A stretch of 64,000 nt of DNA, taken from NCBI GenBank assembly GCA_015059905.1, contig SUZN01000002.1, positions 65,742 through 129,741 on the forward strand, given 5' to 3'. A model generated the notes under the pieces. The model was given only the letters and a program-made list of their open reading frames with translations. It was not told the origin of the DNA and made no database searches. The stretch comes from Rikenellaceae bacterium. Lineage in GTDB: Bacteria > Bacteroidota > Bacteroidia > Bacteroidales > Rikenellaceae. The translations under genes and the position numbers were made by a program. Below, piece after piece: positions 8,999 through 18,484 of the stretch (position 1 is its first letter; every line of letters starts with the position of its first letter).

Positions 8999-10405
8999 AT
9001 GAAGAAGATATTTATCATATTGGCTATGTTGCTCTGTGCGACTGCCTTGCGAGCGCAGGAGACGGAACGTGAGGAGATTGATGCCCGATGGTTTAAGGCG
9101 CATTATCAGAAGTCGGAGCAGATGATTCCGATGCGAGATGGAACAAAACTATATACAGCAATATTTACCCCCAAAAACAAGAAATCACTCCACCCCATAC
9201 TGCTAAACCGCACACAGAACGGTTGCGAGCCTTATAGCAAGAAGAGTGCTACATTTTGGCAGGAGGCAATCTTTGCGGAGTATCTCTACGCCGAGTATAT
9301 CATCGTCTTTCAGGATGTGAGAGGTTTCGGGCATAGCGCAGGCGATAGCTCTACAGAGAAGGGTGCATCGGATGCCTATGACACTGCCGAGTGGTTGCTA
9401 CGCAAAGCAAAAAAGAACAATGGCAACATAGGCGTTTGGGGTATTGCCGAAGATGCAAATTGGGCTTTGCAGGCGGCAGCGTGTGGTCATCGTGCAATAA
9501 AAGCAGTATCGGCACAAGCCCCTGTGGGCGAAAGCGTTGGCGCGACAAAAGTTTTAGCTCCCACACTCTTTGTGGGTGGTGCATTTGATGACAAGAGTGA
9601 GGCGCAATTATGGAATGGCTACAACTCCACACTCGCTGCAAATCCTTCAGTTGATTGCCGTTTGGTGGTTGGTCCCTGGACTCACGCCGCCTGGCGCAAG
9701 AATAGACAGGCGGAGCAGGAGTGTGATGATGATAGCGTATTTTATCACGCGGAGGTTGAGTTTCCTTTTTTTGACCACTATTTGAGAGGTGCGGAGTCAA
9801 GCGGTGCTTCAGCGGCAGGTGCGTTAATCTACTTTACGGGAGAAAATTGCTGGCGCGAATTAGAACGCTGGGGTGATGAACAGCACGAAGAGAGACTCTA
9901 TTTTGGCGAGAATGGTGCTTTATGTGAGTTGCAGCAGCAGCCTTCATCTTCTTCGTCAAGCTATACTGTCAATCCTGAAAATCCTGTATCATCCGACGTA
10001 ATGCAAACCACTGAAAATCGTGAAGATATATTGATGTTCACCTCACCAATTCTGGAGCGCGATATGAGTGTTGCGGGTGCTATTGATGTTGAACTGAATG
10101 TAAAGGCTTCGCAGCCTGTGGCGGATTTTGTTGTAAGGATTATTGATGTGGCTGACAATGCCGAGAGTGAGATGCAAGTGCGTTCGGTGATTGCTACCAA
10201 ATGCCAGATTACCCAAGAGGACGTAACGAAAATCACACTCAAGACGCCTGATGTGGCACACACCTTTATGGCTGGTCACAGAATCAAAGTTCTGTTGCAC
10301 AGCACCTGGGGCAATAAGCTCAAAAGCACCCTTAACTCGAAGTGCGACATAACACTCCTTCACGATAAGTCACACCCATCTCACGTTTCTTTTCAATTGC
10401 AATAA
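8999..10405 (+). CDS. Secreted CocE/NonD (S15 X-Pro dipeptidyl-peptidase-like) family protein, with the nucleophile position substituted
   Basis: Signal peptide. FQDVRGFGHSAGD...DAYDTAEWLL...NGNIGVWGIAEDANWALQAA aligns with CocE QDTRG...GNVGMFGVSYLGVTQWQAA. Start refined to the ATG at 8999. Confidence 0.7.
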   Translation: MKKIFIILAMLLCATALRAQETEREEIDARWFKAHYQKSEQMIPMRDGTKLYTAIFTPKNKKSLHPILLNRTQNGCEPYSKKSATFWQEAIFAEYLYAEYIIVFQDVRGFGHSAGDSSTEKGASDAYDTAEWLLRKAKKNNGNIGVWGIAEDANWALQAAACGHRAIKAVSAQAPVGESVGATKVLAPTLFVGGAFDDKSEAQLWNGYNSTLAANPSVDCRLVVGPWTHAAWRKNRQAEQECDDDSVFYHAEVEFPFFDHYLRGAESSGASAAGALIYFTGENCWRELERWGDEQHEERLYFGENGALCELQQQPSSSSSSYTVNPENPVSSDVMQTTENREDILMFTSPILERDMSVAGAIDVELNVKASQPVADFVVRIIDVADNAESEMQVRSVIATKCQITQEDVTKITLKTPDVAHTFMAGHRIKVLLHSTWGNKLKSTLNSKCDITLLHDKSHPSHVSFQLQ

Positions 10406-10410
10406 CGAAA

Positions 10411-10443
10411 AAAGGTTGTCGCAACGTTTGTTGGACAACCTTT
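10411..10443. terminator. Bidirectional terminator between convergent genes
   Basis: 10-bp stem aaaggttgtc (10411-10420) / gacaaccttt (10434-10443), with an A-run upstream and a T-rich tail downstream. Confidence 0.6.
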
Positions 10444-10462
10444 CTGTTGTTGGGGTGGGTGG

Positions 10463-12343
10463 TTATTCCACCTCGATGATGTCACCACCAGCTGGGATGG
10501 CTTCGCCTATCTCGACCAAAATCTGCTTTACAGTTCCAGCAAAATCGGTTGGAATGTTGTTCTCCATCTTCATAGCCTCAAGGACAGCGATTGTCTGACC
10601 ACGCGAAACTTTGTCGCCAACCTTTACGCAGATGTCGATGATGCGACCTGGCAGCGGAGCCTCTACAGTCTTGCCTGTGATAGGCTTAACCTTCTGTGCT
10701 GCAATAGCAGCGCGAGCCTCTGCGGCATTCTTCGCCTCTTTTGCCTCCTTCTCGGCGGCCTTTGCAGCCTTTTCAGCCTCGGCGGCTTCGTAAGCGCGCT
10801 TCTTTGTAGTGGTGAGGTAGTTCTTCGCAACGAGTGGGAACAACTCAAGCAATAAAAGTTCCTTCTCATTCTCGGCAAGCTTTACTCCACCAGCCTCTGG
10901 GAGCTCTGGGTTTGGCTGCATCTTATATTTAGATGTGTCGTAAGGAATCTCTTCGCTGAAGCCACATATCTTCATACGGAACTCTGGGTCAATCTTAACA
11001 GGAGTGTGACCATAATCGCCCTTTACCAAACCGATGAACTGTGAGCTCTTGTTTGTGTACATTGCACGACCCGCCTTCTCGTCCATAGCGCAGTTTACAG
11101 CCTGTGCGCCTACAATCTGTGATGTAGGTGTCACGAGTGGTGGCAGACCTGCCGCCAGACGAACTGTTGGGATGAGCTCCATTGCGCGGGGCAGGATATC
11201 CTCCGACTTGAGCTGCTTGAGCTGTGCTACCATATTTGAGTACATACCGCCAGGAATCTCCGCCTTCTGAACAAGCTCGTTTGGCGCTGGGAAGCCGAAG
11301 TAAGCCTCAATCTTCTGGCTGATAGTGAGCAATGTGTCGAAATCCTCCGCCTTTGCAGCTGCCACAGCCTCGTTGAAAAGCTGGTCGGCAGTGTCAGAGA
11401 ATGCGTAGCGGTTTGGCTTTGGCTTCTCGGTACCGAATACCGACAACTCAAGCTCCTTACGGATAACCTTCAGCTGCTCGTTAATCTTCGCCACAGCCTC
11501 CATATTCACGCCGATGTCGATACCCATCTTCTGACAGAATACATATACAAGTTCCAACGCGGGTGCACCTGTGCCACCTGCAAACCACCAACAGTTGGTG
11601 TCCACAACATCAACACCAGCTGCAATAGCTGCAAATACCGATGCCAAACCGTAGCCTGGGGTAGAGTGGGTGTGGAAGTCGATTGGAATCTTAATGTGCT
11701 CCTTGAAGAGCTTAATCAGGCGACTCACGCGTGCTGGTGGGATAAGACCCGACATATCCTTGATAGTAATCATATCAGCACCCAATGCTGCCATCTGCTT
11801 TGCCTTTGAGAGGAAATACTCATCGGTAAATACAGGCTGTGGAGCCTTCTTGCCGAACAAACGCTGCAAGAATGTTGGCTGTGGGTATTTTGGATCTACG
11901 GTGTAGCAAACAGCGCAGTCGGCGATACCGCCATAACGCTTTACATATTTGATAGTGGATTTTACGTTATCCACATCATTCAACGCATCGAAGATACGCA
12001 TAATGCCCAAGCCACTCTGGATGGCATTGCGGCTGAAACCGTCGATAATTTCATCGGTGTAGGGTGCATAGCCAAAGAGGTTACGACCACGCGAGAGCGC
12101 TGTGAGCTTTGATACATCGCCAATCTCCTGATGAATCTTCTCCAGACGAGTCCAGGGGTTTTCGCCCAAGTAACGCATCACAGAATCGGGTACTGCGCCG
12201 CCCCATACCTCCATAGCGAAGAAACCAGCATCCTTATAATATGGCAGACAGCGGTCTATCTGCTCTTGCGTCATACGGGTAGCAAACGATGACTGCTGAC
12301 CGTCACGCAAAGTTAAATCTCTAATCTTTAATGATTTAGCCAT
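10463..12343 (-). CDS. Carboxyltransferase (5S / oxaloacetate decarboxylase alpha / pyruvate carboxylase subunit B type) fused to a biotinyl carrier domain
   Basis: N-terminal IRDLTLRDGQQS HMGL-like domain, an Ala/Lys/Glu-rich linker, and a C-terminal biotinylation motif EAMKMEN. Confidence 0.85.
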   Translation of the reverse strand: MAKSLKIRDLTLRDGQQSSFATRMTQEQIDRCLPYYKDAGFFAMEVWGGAVPDSVMRYLGENPWTRLEKIHQEIGDVSKLTALSRGRNLFGYAPYTDEIIDGFSRNAIQSGLGIMRIFDALNDVDNVKSTIKYVKRYGGIADCAVCYTVDPKYPQPTFLQRLFGKKAPQPVFTDEYFLSKAKQMAALGADMITIKDMSGLIPPARVSRLIKLFKEHIKIPIDFHTHSTPGYGLASVFAAIAAGVDVVDTNCWWFAGGTGAPALELVYVFCQKMGIDIGVNMEAVAKINEQLKVIRKELELSVFGTEKPKPNRYAFSDTADQLFNEAVAAAKAEDFDTLLTISQKIEAYFGFPAPNELVQKAEIPGGMYSNMVAQLKQLKSEDILPRAMELIPTVRLAAGLPPLVTPTSQIVGAQAVNCAMDEKAGRAMYTNKSSQFIGLVKGDYGHTPVKIDPEFRMKICGFSEEIPYDTSKYKMQPNPELPEAGGVKLAENEKELLLLELFPLVAKNYLTTTKKRAYEAAEAEKAAKAAEKEAKEAKNAAEARAAIAAQKVKPITGKTVEAPLPGRIIDICVKVGDKVSRGQTIAVLEAMKMENNIPTDFAGTVKQILVEIGEAIPAGGDIIEVE

Positions 12344-12404
12344 AGTAGTAAATGATTCCTATATAATTAAACTAACCTATATTTCGTCATAATTAAAACA
12401 CTAT

Positions 12405-12412
12405 GCAAAGAT
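12405..12412 (-). promoter_or_regulatory. -7 box (TATCTTTG on the minus strand) for the carboxyltransferase gene
   Basis: Exact TAnnTTTG match 62 nt upstream of the ATG at 12343. Confidence 0.45.
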
Positions 12413-12512
12413 ATTAAACATATTTTAATATGCAATTTTTTTGTGGCGAATTATTGTTTTTATGCGGCAAATATTCAATCTTTGTGGCAAAATTTATATA
12501 TATTATTTGAGA

Positions 12513-13973
12513 ATGTCGCCATACATCATCCTCTTGACCCTTGCGGTTTATATCTTCGTATTGTTTTTGCTCTCCTATTTTTCGGGCAGGAGAGCTGATA
12601 ATGCGGGGTTCTTCATCGGTGGTCGTCGCACATCGTGGTATGTTGCCACGCTTGCGATGATAGGGGCGGCTATGTCGGGCGTTACATACATCTCGGTGCC
12701 TGGTTCGGTGGCGGCTGACAGCTTTTCATATATGCAGATGGTTGTCGGTTTTACCATTGGTCAGGCAGTGCTGGCTTTGTGGCTTGTGCCGATGTTCTAT
12801 CGTCGTGGTGTGGTCTCGTTGTATGAGTATCTCGACCAGCGTTTCGGGCAACAGGCACACCGTGTGGGTGCGTGGTGTTTTCTGTTGGCCAAGCTCATCG
12901 GTGCTGCTCTGAAGATATATGTGGTATGTGCTGTTATGCAGATACTTGTATTTGATTATTTCAAGTTAAACATTATATATAATATCATTCTCACGATGCT
13001 CCTCGTATGGCTCTATACACGCCGAGGAGGAGTGCGTTCGTTGATTGTGACCGATGTGTTGCAATCTCTGTGCCTTGTTGTGAGTCTGGTAGTTGTGATT
13101 TATTATCTCTGCAAGGCGATGGGACTCTCGGCGGCGAGTGCTGTTGAGTGTGTTGCCAGCTCGCCTTATTCGCAGATGTGGTTCTTTGATGACCCTGCTT
13201 CACCACGTTATTTCTGGAAGATGGTGGCTGGAGGAGCGCTCTGCCTTATTGCGATGACAGGGCTTGACCAGGATATGATGCAGCGCAACTTGAGTTGCCG
13301 CACAAAGCGAGATTCGCAGATAAATATTTTCCTCACAGCATTGTGCCAGATAGGTGTTATCCTGCTGTTTCTGGTTTTGGGCGTTTTGTTATACAAATAT
13401 ATTGACTTTGCCAATTTGCCACATCCGACGTCGGGCGATGATGTATTTGCTATGGTAGCCGTGCATGGTGGTTTGCCTTATGTGGTTGGGGTTATGTTTG
13501 TTATAGGACTTATATCAAGTACTTATTCAGCTGCTGGCTCTGCTTTGACATCGCTTACCACAGCCTTTACTATTGATGTGATGGATGGTCGCAAACTTTT
13601 TGGCGAGAAGCAACTCTCTACTATACGCCACAGGGCACATGCGACAATGGCGGTGATGATGGCTGCACTGATAATGCTCTTTTATCATTTGGGCGAGGAT
13701 AGCGTGATAAATACAGTCTTTAAGATAGCTGGTTATACCTATGGTCCGATACTCGGAATGTTTGTTTTTGGATTGTGTTCTAAAAGAGAAGTTAGAGGAA
13801 AATATATCCCGTTGGTGGCTCTCTTGTCGCCCGTTTTGAGTTATCTTTTGCAGTGGGTGGCGGCTGAACGGTTCCAATATTTTATTGGCTTCGAATTGTT
13901 GGGTTATAACGCTTTATTTACTATCTTTGGACTCATTTTAATTTCAAAATCAATCGAAAATGAGAAGAAATAA
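12513..13973 (+). CDS. Sodium:solute symporter (SSF) family transporter
   Basis: About 13 TM segments. The N-terminus ...FFIGGRR.SW...A.IGAAMSGVT is typical of SSF. Start refined to the ATG at 12513. Confidence 0.8.
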   Translation: MSPYIILLTLAVYIFVLFLLSYFSGRRADNAGFFIGGRRTSWYVATLAMIGAAMSGVTYISVPGSVAADSFSYMQMVVGFTIGQAVLALWLVPMFYRRGVVSLYEYLDQRFGQQAHRVGAWCFLLAKLIGAALKIYVVCAVMQILVFDYFKLNIIYNIILTMLLVWLYTRRGGVRSLIVTDVLQSLCLVVSLVVVIYYLCKAMGLSAASAVECVASSPYSQMWFFDDPASPRYFWKMVAGGALCLIAMTGLDQDMMQRNLSCRTKRDSQINIFLTALCQIGVILLFLVLGVLLYKYIDFANLPHPTSGDDVFAMVAVHGGLPYVVGVMFVIGLISSTYSAAGSALTSLTTAFTIDVMDGRKLFGEKQLSTIRHRAHATMAVMMAALIMLFYHLGEDSVINTVFKIAGYTYGPILGMFVFGLCSKREVRGKYIPLVALLSPVLSYLLQWVAAERFQYFIGFELLGYNALFTIFGLILISKSIENEKK

Positions 13974-16959
13974 TATATTACTTATTGTTTGTTTGGTAGT
14001 TGCGTTGTTTACTTCAACCTTCGCTTCAGCTCAAGCTTTATCATCGTCTGCGAGAACCGATGTGGCGGATGTGCTGACACGTATCGTCGCTCGCGAGATT
14101 TTGGGAGGATATGTGAAGGTGGACCGCACCAAGTTGTCGGGCGATAAGCTGGAGATTTATGCCTCTATAGGGCTCTCTTATTATCCTTTCCGCGAGGATA
14201 ATGTGCAGGCTATGTATGACTCTGTGCGATTGGCGTTGCCCGAAAAGTATGCTAAATATAAACTCTCGATAATCACTGACAAGCACCGTATTGAGGAGCT
14301 TGTGCCGCTATATCATCGCACTTCTCACAAAGGTGCTGTGAGGTTTACCAACAAGAGTAATGCCCCGCTGGTTACGCCTTTTTCGAAGCAGTATAAGCCT
14401 ACACAGGGCTTGGCAAATCGCCATATAGCCCTTTGGCAGAGTCACGGCAGATATTTCGAGCAGGATGAAAACTTGTGGCGCTGGCAGCGCTCTCGCCTGT
14501 GGGAGACGGTGGAGGACCTCTTTACGCAGAGTTTTGTATTGCCATATCTTGTGCCGATGCTTGAGAATGCAGGTGCAAATGTCGTGCTGCCACGCGAGCG
14601 AGATACCCAAATAGAGGAGATTATAATTGATAATGACGAAGGCATCGACCAAACCACATATTCGGAGCAGAATGGCGCGAAAACATTTGCCGAAGGAGGC
14701 GTGGGCTTTGCCCATAAGCGTGATGTCTATCTGACGGGGCAGAATCCATTCCGAGAGGGTACTACACGCGTGGTAGAGAGTATTTCGTCGGGCAAGGAGA
14801 GTCGTGCCGAGTGGCGTGCTACGGTGGAGCAGGCAGGTGAGTATGCTGTGTATGTATCATATGAGAGTTTCGGCGATGACAGTGCCGAGGATGTTCGTTA
14901 TACGGTATATCACAATGGCGGCGAGAGTGAGTTTTCGGTAAACCAGACTATGGGAGGTGGAATGTGGATATACCTGGGTCACTTCACTTTGGCGGCGGGT
15001 GAGGAGCAGCTGATTGTTTCGATGAGCAATAAGTGCGAAAAAGCAGGGCGTAAGGTGTCTGCTGACGGAGTGAAGGTCGGTGGCGGCTGGGGCAATGTGG
15101 CTCGCACAGTAGAGAAGGAGTTTCAGGATGAGGATATAACCTATGAGCCTATGGTGAGCGAATATCCACGTTTCTGCGAGGGCGCGCGCTATTGGTTGCA
15201 GTGGTCGGGTTTCGACGAGGAGGTATATACCCCCAAGGAGAACAAGGATGATTATCGTGACGACTATATGTCGCGTGCACATTGGGTGAATGCACTTACG
15301 GGAGGCTCGGAGCGTCTGCCCAAAGAGAAGGGTAAACGCATTCCGCTCGACTTGGCGCTGGCGTTTCACTCGGATGCGGGCGTGCGCTTGAATGATGATA
15401 TAATTGGTACGCTCGGCATCTTCTACACCAAGGATAATAAGGGTCGTTTCGAGGGTGGTGCGGACCGTTACCTCTCGCGCGAGCTGACCGACCTTGTAAT
15501 GTCGCAGATTGTGGGCGATGTGCGCTCGGCATTTGAACCAGCCTGGAGCCGTCGAGGTATGTGGAACCGCTCATATTATGAGGCTCGCGTGCCAGCCGTG
15601 CCAACGATGTTGCTGGAGCTTCTATCGCACCAGAATTTTGCCGATATGCGTTATGGTCACGATCCGAAGTTTAAGTTTGTCGTGAGCCGTGCGATATACA
15701 AGGGAATCTTGCGATACCTTTCAAGCCAATACAACTGTCAATATACCGTGCAGCCTCTGCCTGTCGAGGAGCTTAAGGCTACGTTTGTGGATGATACGTC
15801 TGCCGATGTCGAGCTGAAGTGGCAGGCGGTGGAGGATAGTTTGGAGTTAAGTGCAACGCCCGATTATTATATTGTCTATACACGCCGTGATGATGGTGCT
15901 TTTGATAATGGTGTGAAGGTGACTGATACCCACATCAGAATGAAGCAGGAGGCTGGACATACATATAGTTACAAAGTGACAGCCGTAAACAAGGGCGGCG
16001 AGAGCTTTCCAAGTGAGGTATTGTCGGCACATCGTGTAGCGGCGGAGCGCGGTCGTGTACTTGTTGTGAATGGCTTTGACAGAGTAAGCGCACCGATGAG
16101 TATTCAGGGTGATTCGATAGCTGGATTTTACAATAATTACGATTCGGGTGTGGCGTATCTGAAGAACATAGATTTTACGGGCGAGCAGCGCAATTTCGAC
16201 CGTAGCCTTTCGCGCTCGGAGAATGACAACAATGCCCTTGGCTCATCATACAGCGACTACGAAACAGAGGTCATTGCAGGCAATACATTCGACTATACCG
16301 TAATGCACGGAGCTTCGATTGTCGAGGCAGGCTTCTCCTACTGCTCTGCAAGCGTTAAGGCGGTGGAGAGTGGGGCGGTCGAGCTGGAGGAGTATCCTGT
16401 GGTTGATTTCATCTTCGGCAAGCAGCGTTCCTGCCAGGTGGGGCGTGGTGTGCGCGAGGTGGAGCATAGTGTATTCTCGGATGAGTTACAGACTCTTATG
16501 CGCGCTTACACTCGCCAGGGTGGAGCCTTCTTCGCTTCGGGATGTTATGTGGTGAGCGATTTATGGAACGGCATAGAATCAACAGGCGAGGATAGAGAGT
16601 TCGCACGTAATGTGCTGCACGCTTCATTCAACGGAGATATGGCTACACGACGTGGCGTGGCGAGGGTTGTTGCTTCGCCTATGCGAATGGCGCGTCAGAC
16701 GATAAACTTCAACCGAGAGCCTTCGGCGGAGTGTTATGGTGTAGAGTCGCCAGGATGTGTTGCACCCTCGGGACGTAACTCATACATCGCTATGCGTTAT
16801 GCGACAAACAACCAGTCGGCAGCTGTTGCATACAACGGCTCGGACTATCGCTCGGTGGTGATGGGCTTCCCGTTTGAAACCATTCTTGATGCCGAGCAGC
16901 GTCATTCGTTGATGAAGGGTGTGCTGGATTTCTTGAGCAGTAAAAAGGAGAAGAAATAA
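13960..16959 (+). CDS. Large secreted multidomain protein with a golvesin-C-terminal-like domain, a MurNAc-L-Ala amidase-like (Amidase_3) domain and an Fn3-like domain
   Basis: Signal peptide. AEWRATVEQAGEYAVYVSY...VRYTVYHNGGE...WIYLGHFTL is golvesin-like and LALAFHSDAG is amidase_3-like. Overlaps the upstream gene by 14 nt and the downstream gene by 1 nt. Confidence 0.55.
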   Translation: MRRNNILLIVCLVVALFTSTFASAQALSSSARTDVADVLTRIVAREILGGYVKVDRTKLSGDKLEIYASIGLSYYPFREDNVQAMYDSVRLALPEKYAKYKLSIITDKHRIEELVPLYHRTSHKGAVRFTNKSNAPLVTPFSKQYKPTQGLANRHIALWQSHGRYFEQDENLWRWQRSRLWETVEDLFTQSFVLPYLVPMLENAGANVVLPRERDTQIEEIIIDNDEGIDQTTYSEQNGAKTFAEGGVGFAHKRDVYLTGQNPFREGTTRVVESISSGKESRAEWRATVEQAGEYAVYVSYESFGDDSAEDVRYTVYHNGGESEFSVNQTMGGGMWIYLGHFTLAAGEEQLIVSMSNKCEKAGRKVSADGVKVGGGWGNVARTVEKEFQDEDITYEPMVSEYPRFCEGARYWLQWSGFDEEVYTPKENKDDYRDDYMSRAHWVNALTGGSERLPKEKGKRIPLDLALAFHSDAGVRLNDDIIGTLGIFYTKDNKGRFEGGADRYLSRELTDLVMSQIVGDVRSAFEPAWSRRGMWNRSYYEARVPAVPTMLLELLSHQNFADMRYGHDPKFKFVVSRAIYKGILRYLSSQYNCQYTVQPLPVEELKATFVDDTSADVELKWQAVEDSLELSATPDYYIVYTRRDDGAFDNGVKVTDTHIRMKQEAGHTYSYKVTAVNKGGESFPSEVLSAHRVAAERGRVLVVNGFDRVSAPMSIQGDSIAGFYNNYDSGVAYLKNIDFTGEQRNFDRSLSRSENDNNALGSSYSDYETEVIAGNTFDYTVMHGASIVEAGFSYCSASVKAVESGAVELEEYPVVDFIFGKQRSCQVGRGVREVEHSVFSDELQTLMRAYTRQGGAFFASGCYVVSDLWNGIESTGEDREFARNVLHASFNGDMATRRGVARVVASPMRMARQTINFNREPSAECYGVESPGCVAPSGRNSYIAMRYATNNQSAAVAYNGSDYRSVVMGFPFETILDAEQRHSLMKGVLDFLSSKKEKK

Positions 16960-17858
16960 TGAAACTTTCGTCACATACTATGCGTACAATAGCAATGCCC
17001 TTGGGCATGGTTGTGGGTGCGTTGTTGTGTCGTGAAGTGGCGTGGTTGGATGCTCTGATGCAGGGGTTACTGACACCTGCGTTTATCTTTATGATGTTGT
17101 TTTTTACCTACTGTCGTGTGGATGCCCGCAAAATACGTCTTTCGTGGATGCATCTGTGGCTGCTGCTGTTGCAGATGGTGGGTAGTGTGGCTATCTATTT
17201 CGCATTGGCGTGGTATGATGTCGTTGTGGCTCAAGGTGCGATGGTCTGCATCCTGACCCCCGTAGCTATGGCAGCGGTGGTTATTGGTGGTATGCTGGGT
17301 GCTAATGTGGAGACTATGGCGGCATATAGTCTGCTGTGTAATCTTGTGATAGCCCTGTTTGCTCCCATATTGCTGCACGAATTTGGCAATGGCGAGTGCG
17401 ATATATGGCAGATTCTGCGACGTGTAGCGCCTCTGCTTATCGCTCCGTTTGTGGTGGGACAATTGTGCCGCTATGGCACGCCGAGAGTGGCAGGCTGGGT
17501 AGAACGACACAGCATTATCTCGTTTTATATATGGCTTGCTTCGCTTGTCGTGATTATTGGTCGCACAACCTGCTTCCTGATTGATTATGAGGCAGACCGA
17601 GGCGTGGAGATTGCACTGGCTGTGGTGGCGCTGGTGATATGTTTGTTGCAATTTAAGGTGGGGCGCACGATAGGTCGCCGATATGGCGATGCGGCGGCAG
17701 GCGGTCAGTCGTTGGGACAGAAAAATACGGTGCTGGCAGTGTGGCTTTCACAGGCGTTTCTTGACCCTATATCGTGCGTAGCGCCAACGGCATATATCGT
17801 GTGGCAGAATCTTGTCAATTCCTACCAAATCTACCGCGCAGGGCGCAAATCATCGTAG
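16959..17858 (+). CDS. BASS/SBF-like (bile acid:Na+ symporter fold) membrane transporter
   Basis: 299 aa with about 9-10 TM helices. SLGQKNTVLAVWLS resembles the BASS QNSGLA motif. The TAATG overlap indicates coupling to the preceding gene. Confidence 0.5.
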   Translation: MKLSSHTMRTIAMPLGMVVGALLCREVAWLDALMQGLLTPAFIFMMLFFTYCRVDARKIRLSWMHLWLLLLQMVGSVAIYFALAWYDVVVAQGAMVCILTPVAMAAVVIGGMLGANVETMAAYSLLCNLVIALFAPILLHEFGNGECDIWQILRRVAPLLIAPFVVGQLCRYGTPRVAGWVERHSIISFYIWLASLVVIIGRTTCFLIDYEADRGVEIALAVVALVICLLQFKVGRTIGRRYGDAAAGGQSLGQKNTVLAVWLSQAFLDPISCVAPTAYIVWQNLVNSYQIYRAGRKSS

Positions 17859-18484
17859 CTGAGATGCCAAAGCGTGCGCAAATTCTTATTTTGAGCAATG
17901 TCGGAGGGTAATATCAACTGTTCACGCACAAGCGGCAGTGTGCGTCGTCTGCCCTCGGACAGTGAAATGCCCACCTCTGAATAGATGTTCTCCACAAGTT
18001 CGGTGCAATACATCCGAGTGGAGTCGGAGAGCAGATAATCGTGATCAAACAAAATTCTGGAGCCTAATAATCCCTGTGTTTTTATTGCGATGCGGTCGCG
18101 TTGAGTAGGGGAGAGTGCTTCGTAACTCATAACACACCCTGACAAGGCTACATCCGAAGAGAAAAAACGCTCGACTGGCTCACATAAAATCTCATCCACC
18201 TCACGTTTATCCTTTGGCTCGATATGTACAACGCAGCAACTATCGCCGCGAAACAAAATTATGCCTATATGTGAGTAGTGGGTCAGGCTGTCGCCCGATG
18301 ATGCTATTAGTTCGCTCTGGAGCGTGCGCCCAAGTCGCAGGACAATATCACCCGAAGAGAATTTTTCTGTTGGCGGAGTGGGTAGAATTACAGATTGTAA
18401 CGTGCGCCCACAGCCACAAAACGACAAAAGTAAGATGAATGTAATCAGCCATTTACAGCAGTTACTTCGTGTTGAGATTGACAT
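17831..18484 (-). CDS. YiiX/YaeF-like permuted papain-fold (NlpC/P60 superfamily) lipoprotein
   Basis: Lipoprotein signal (LLLSFCGC). HIGII and MYCTELV motifs resemble the YiiX family. Its 3' end overlaps the convergent transporter gene by 28 nt. Confidence 0.55.
   Translation of the reverse strand: MSISTRSNCCKWLITFILLLSFCGCGRTLQSVILPTPPTEKFSSGDIVLRLGRTLQSELIASSGDSLTHYSHIGIILFRGDSCCVVHIEPKDKREVDEILCEPVERFFSSDVALSGCVMSYEALSPTQRDRIAIKTQGLLGSRILFDHDYLLSDSTRMYCTELVENIYSEVGISLSEGRRRTLPLVREQLILPSDIAQNKNLRTLWHLSYDDLRPAR

Noticed and set aside
9934-9960. A Ser-codon run (SSSSSS) in the CocE/NonD-like gene, considered as a slippage-prone microsatellite.
   Set aside because: The codons are mixed (tca tct tct tcg tca agc), so there is no perfect nucleotide repeat long enough for slippage.
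10663-10800. A repetitive Ala/Lys/Glu-coding stretch (gcc/gca/aag/gag periodicity), considered as a DNA repeat element.
   Set aside because: It is the flexible linker between the carboxyltransferase and biotinyl domains of one continuous ORF. The repetition reflects low-complexity protein sequence and is not a mobile or regulatory repeat.
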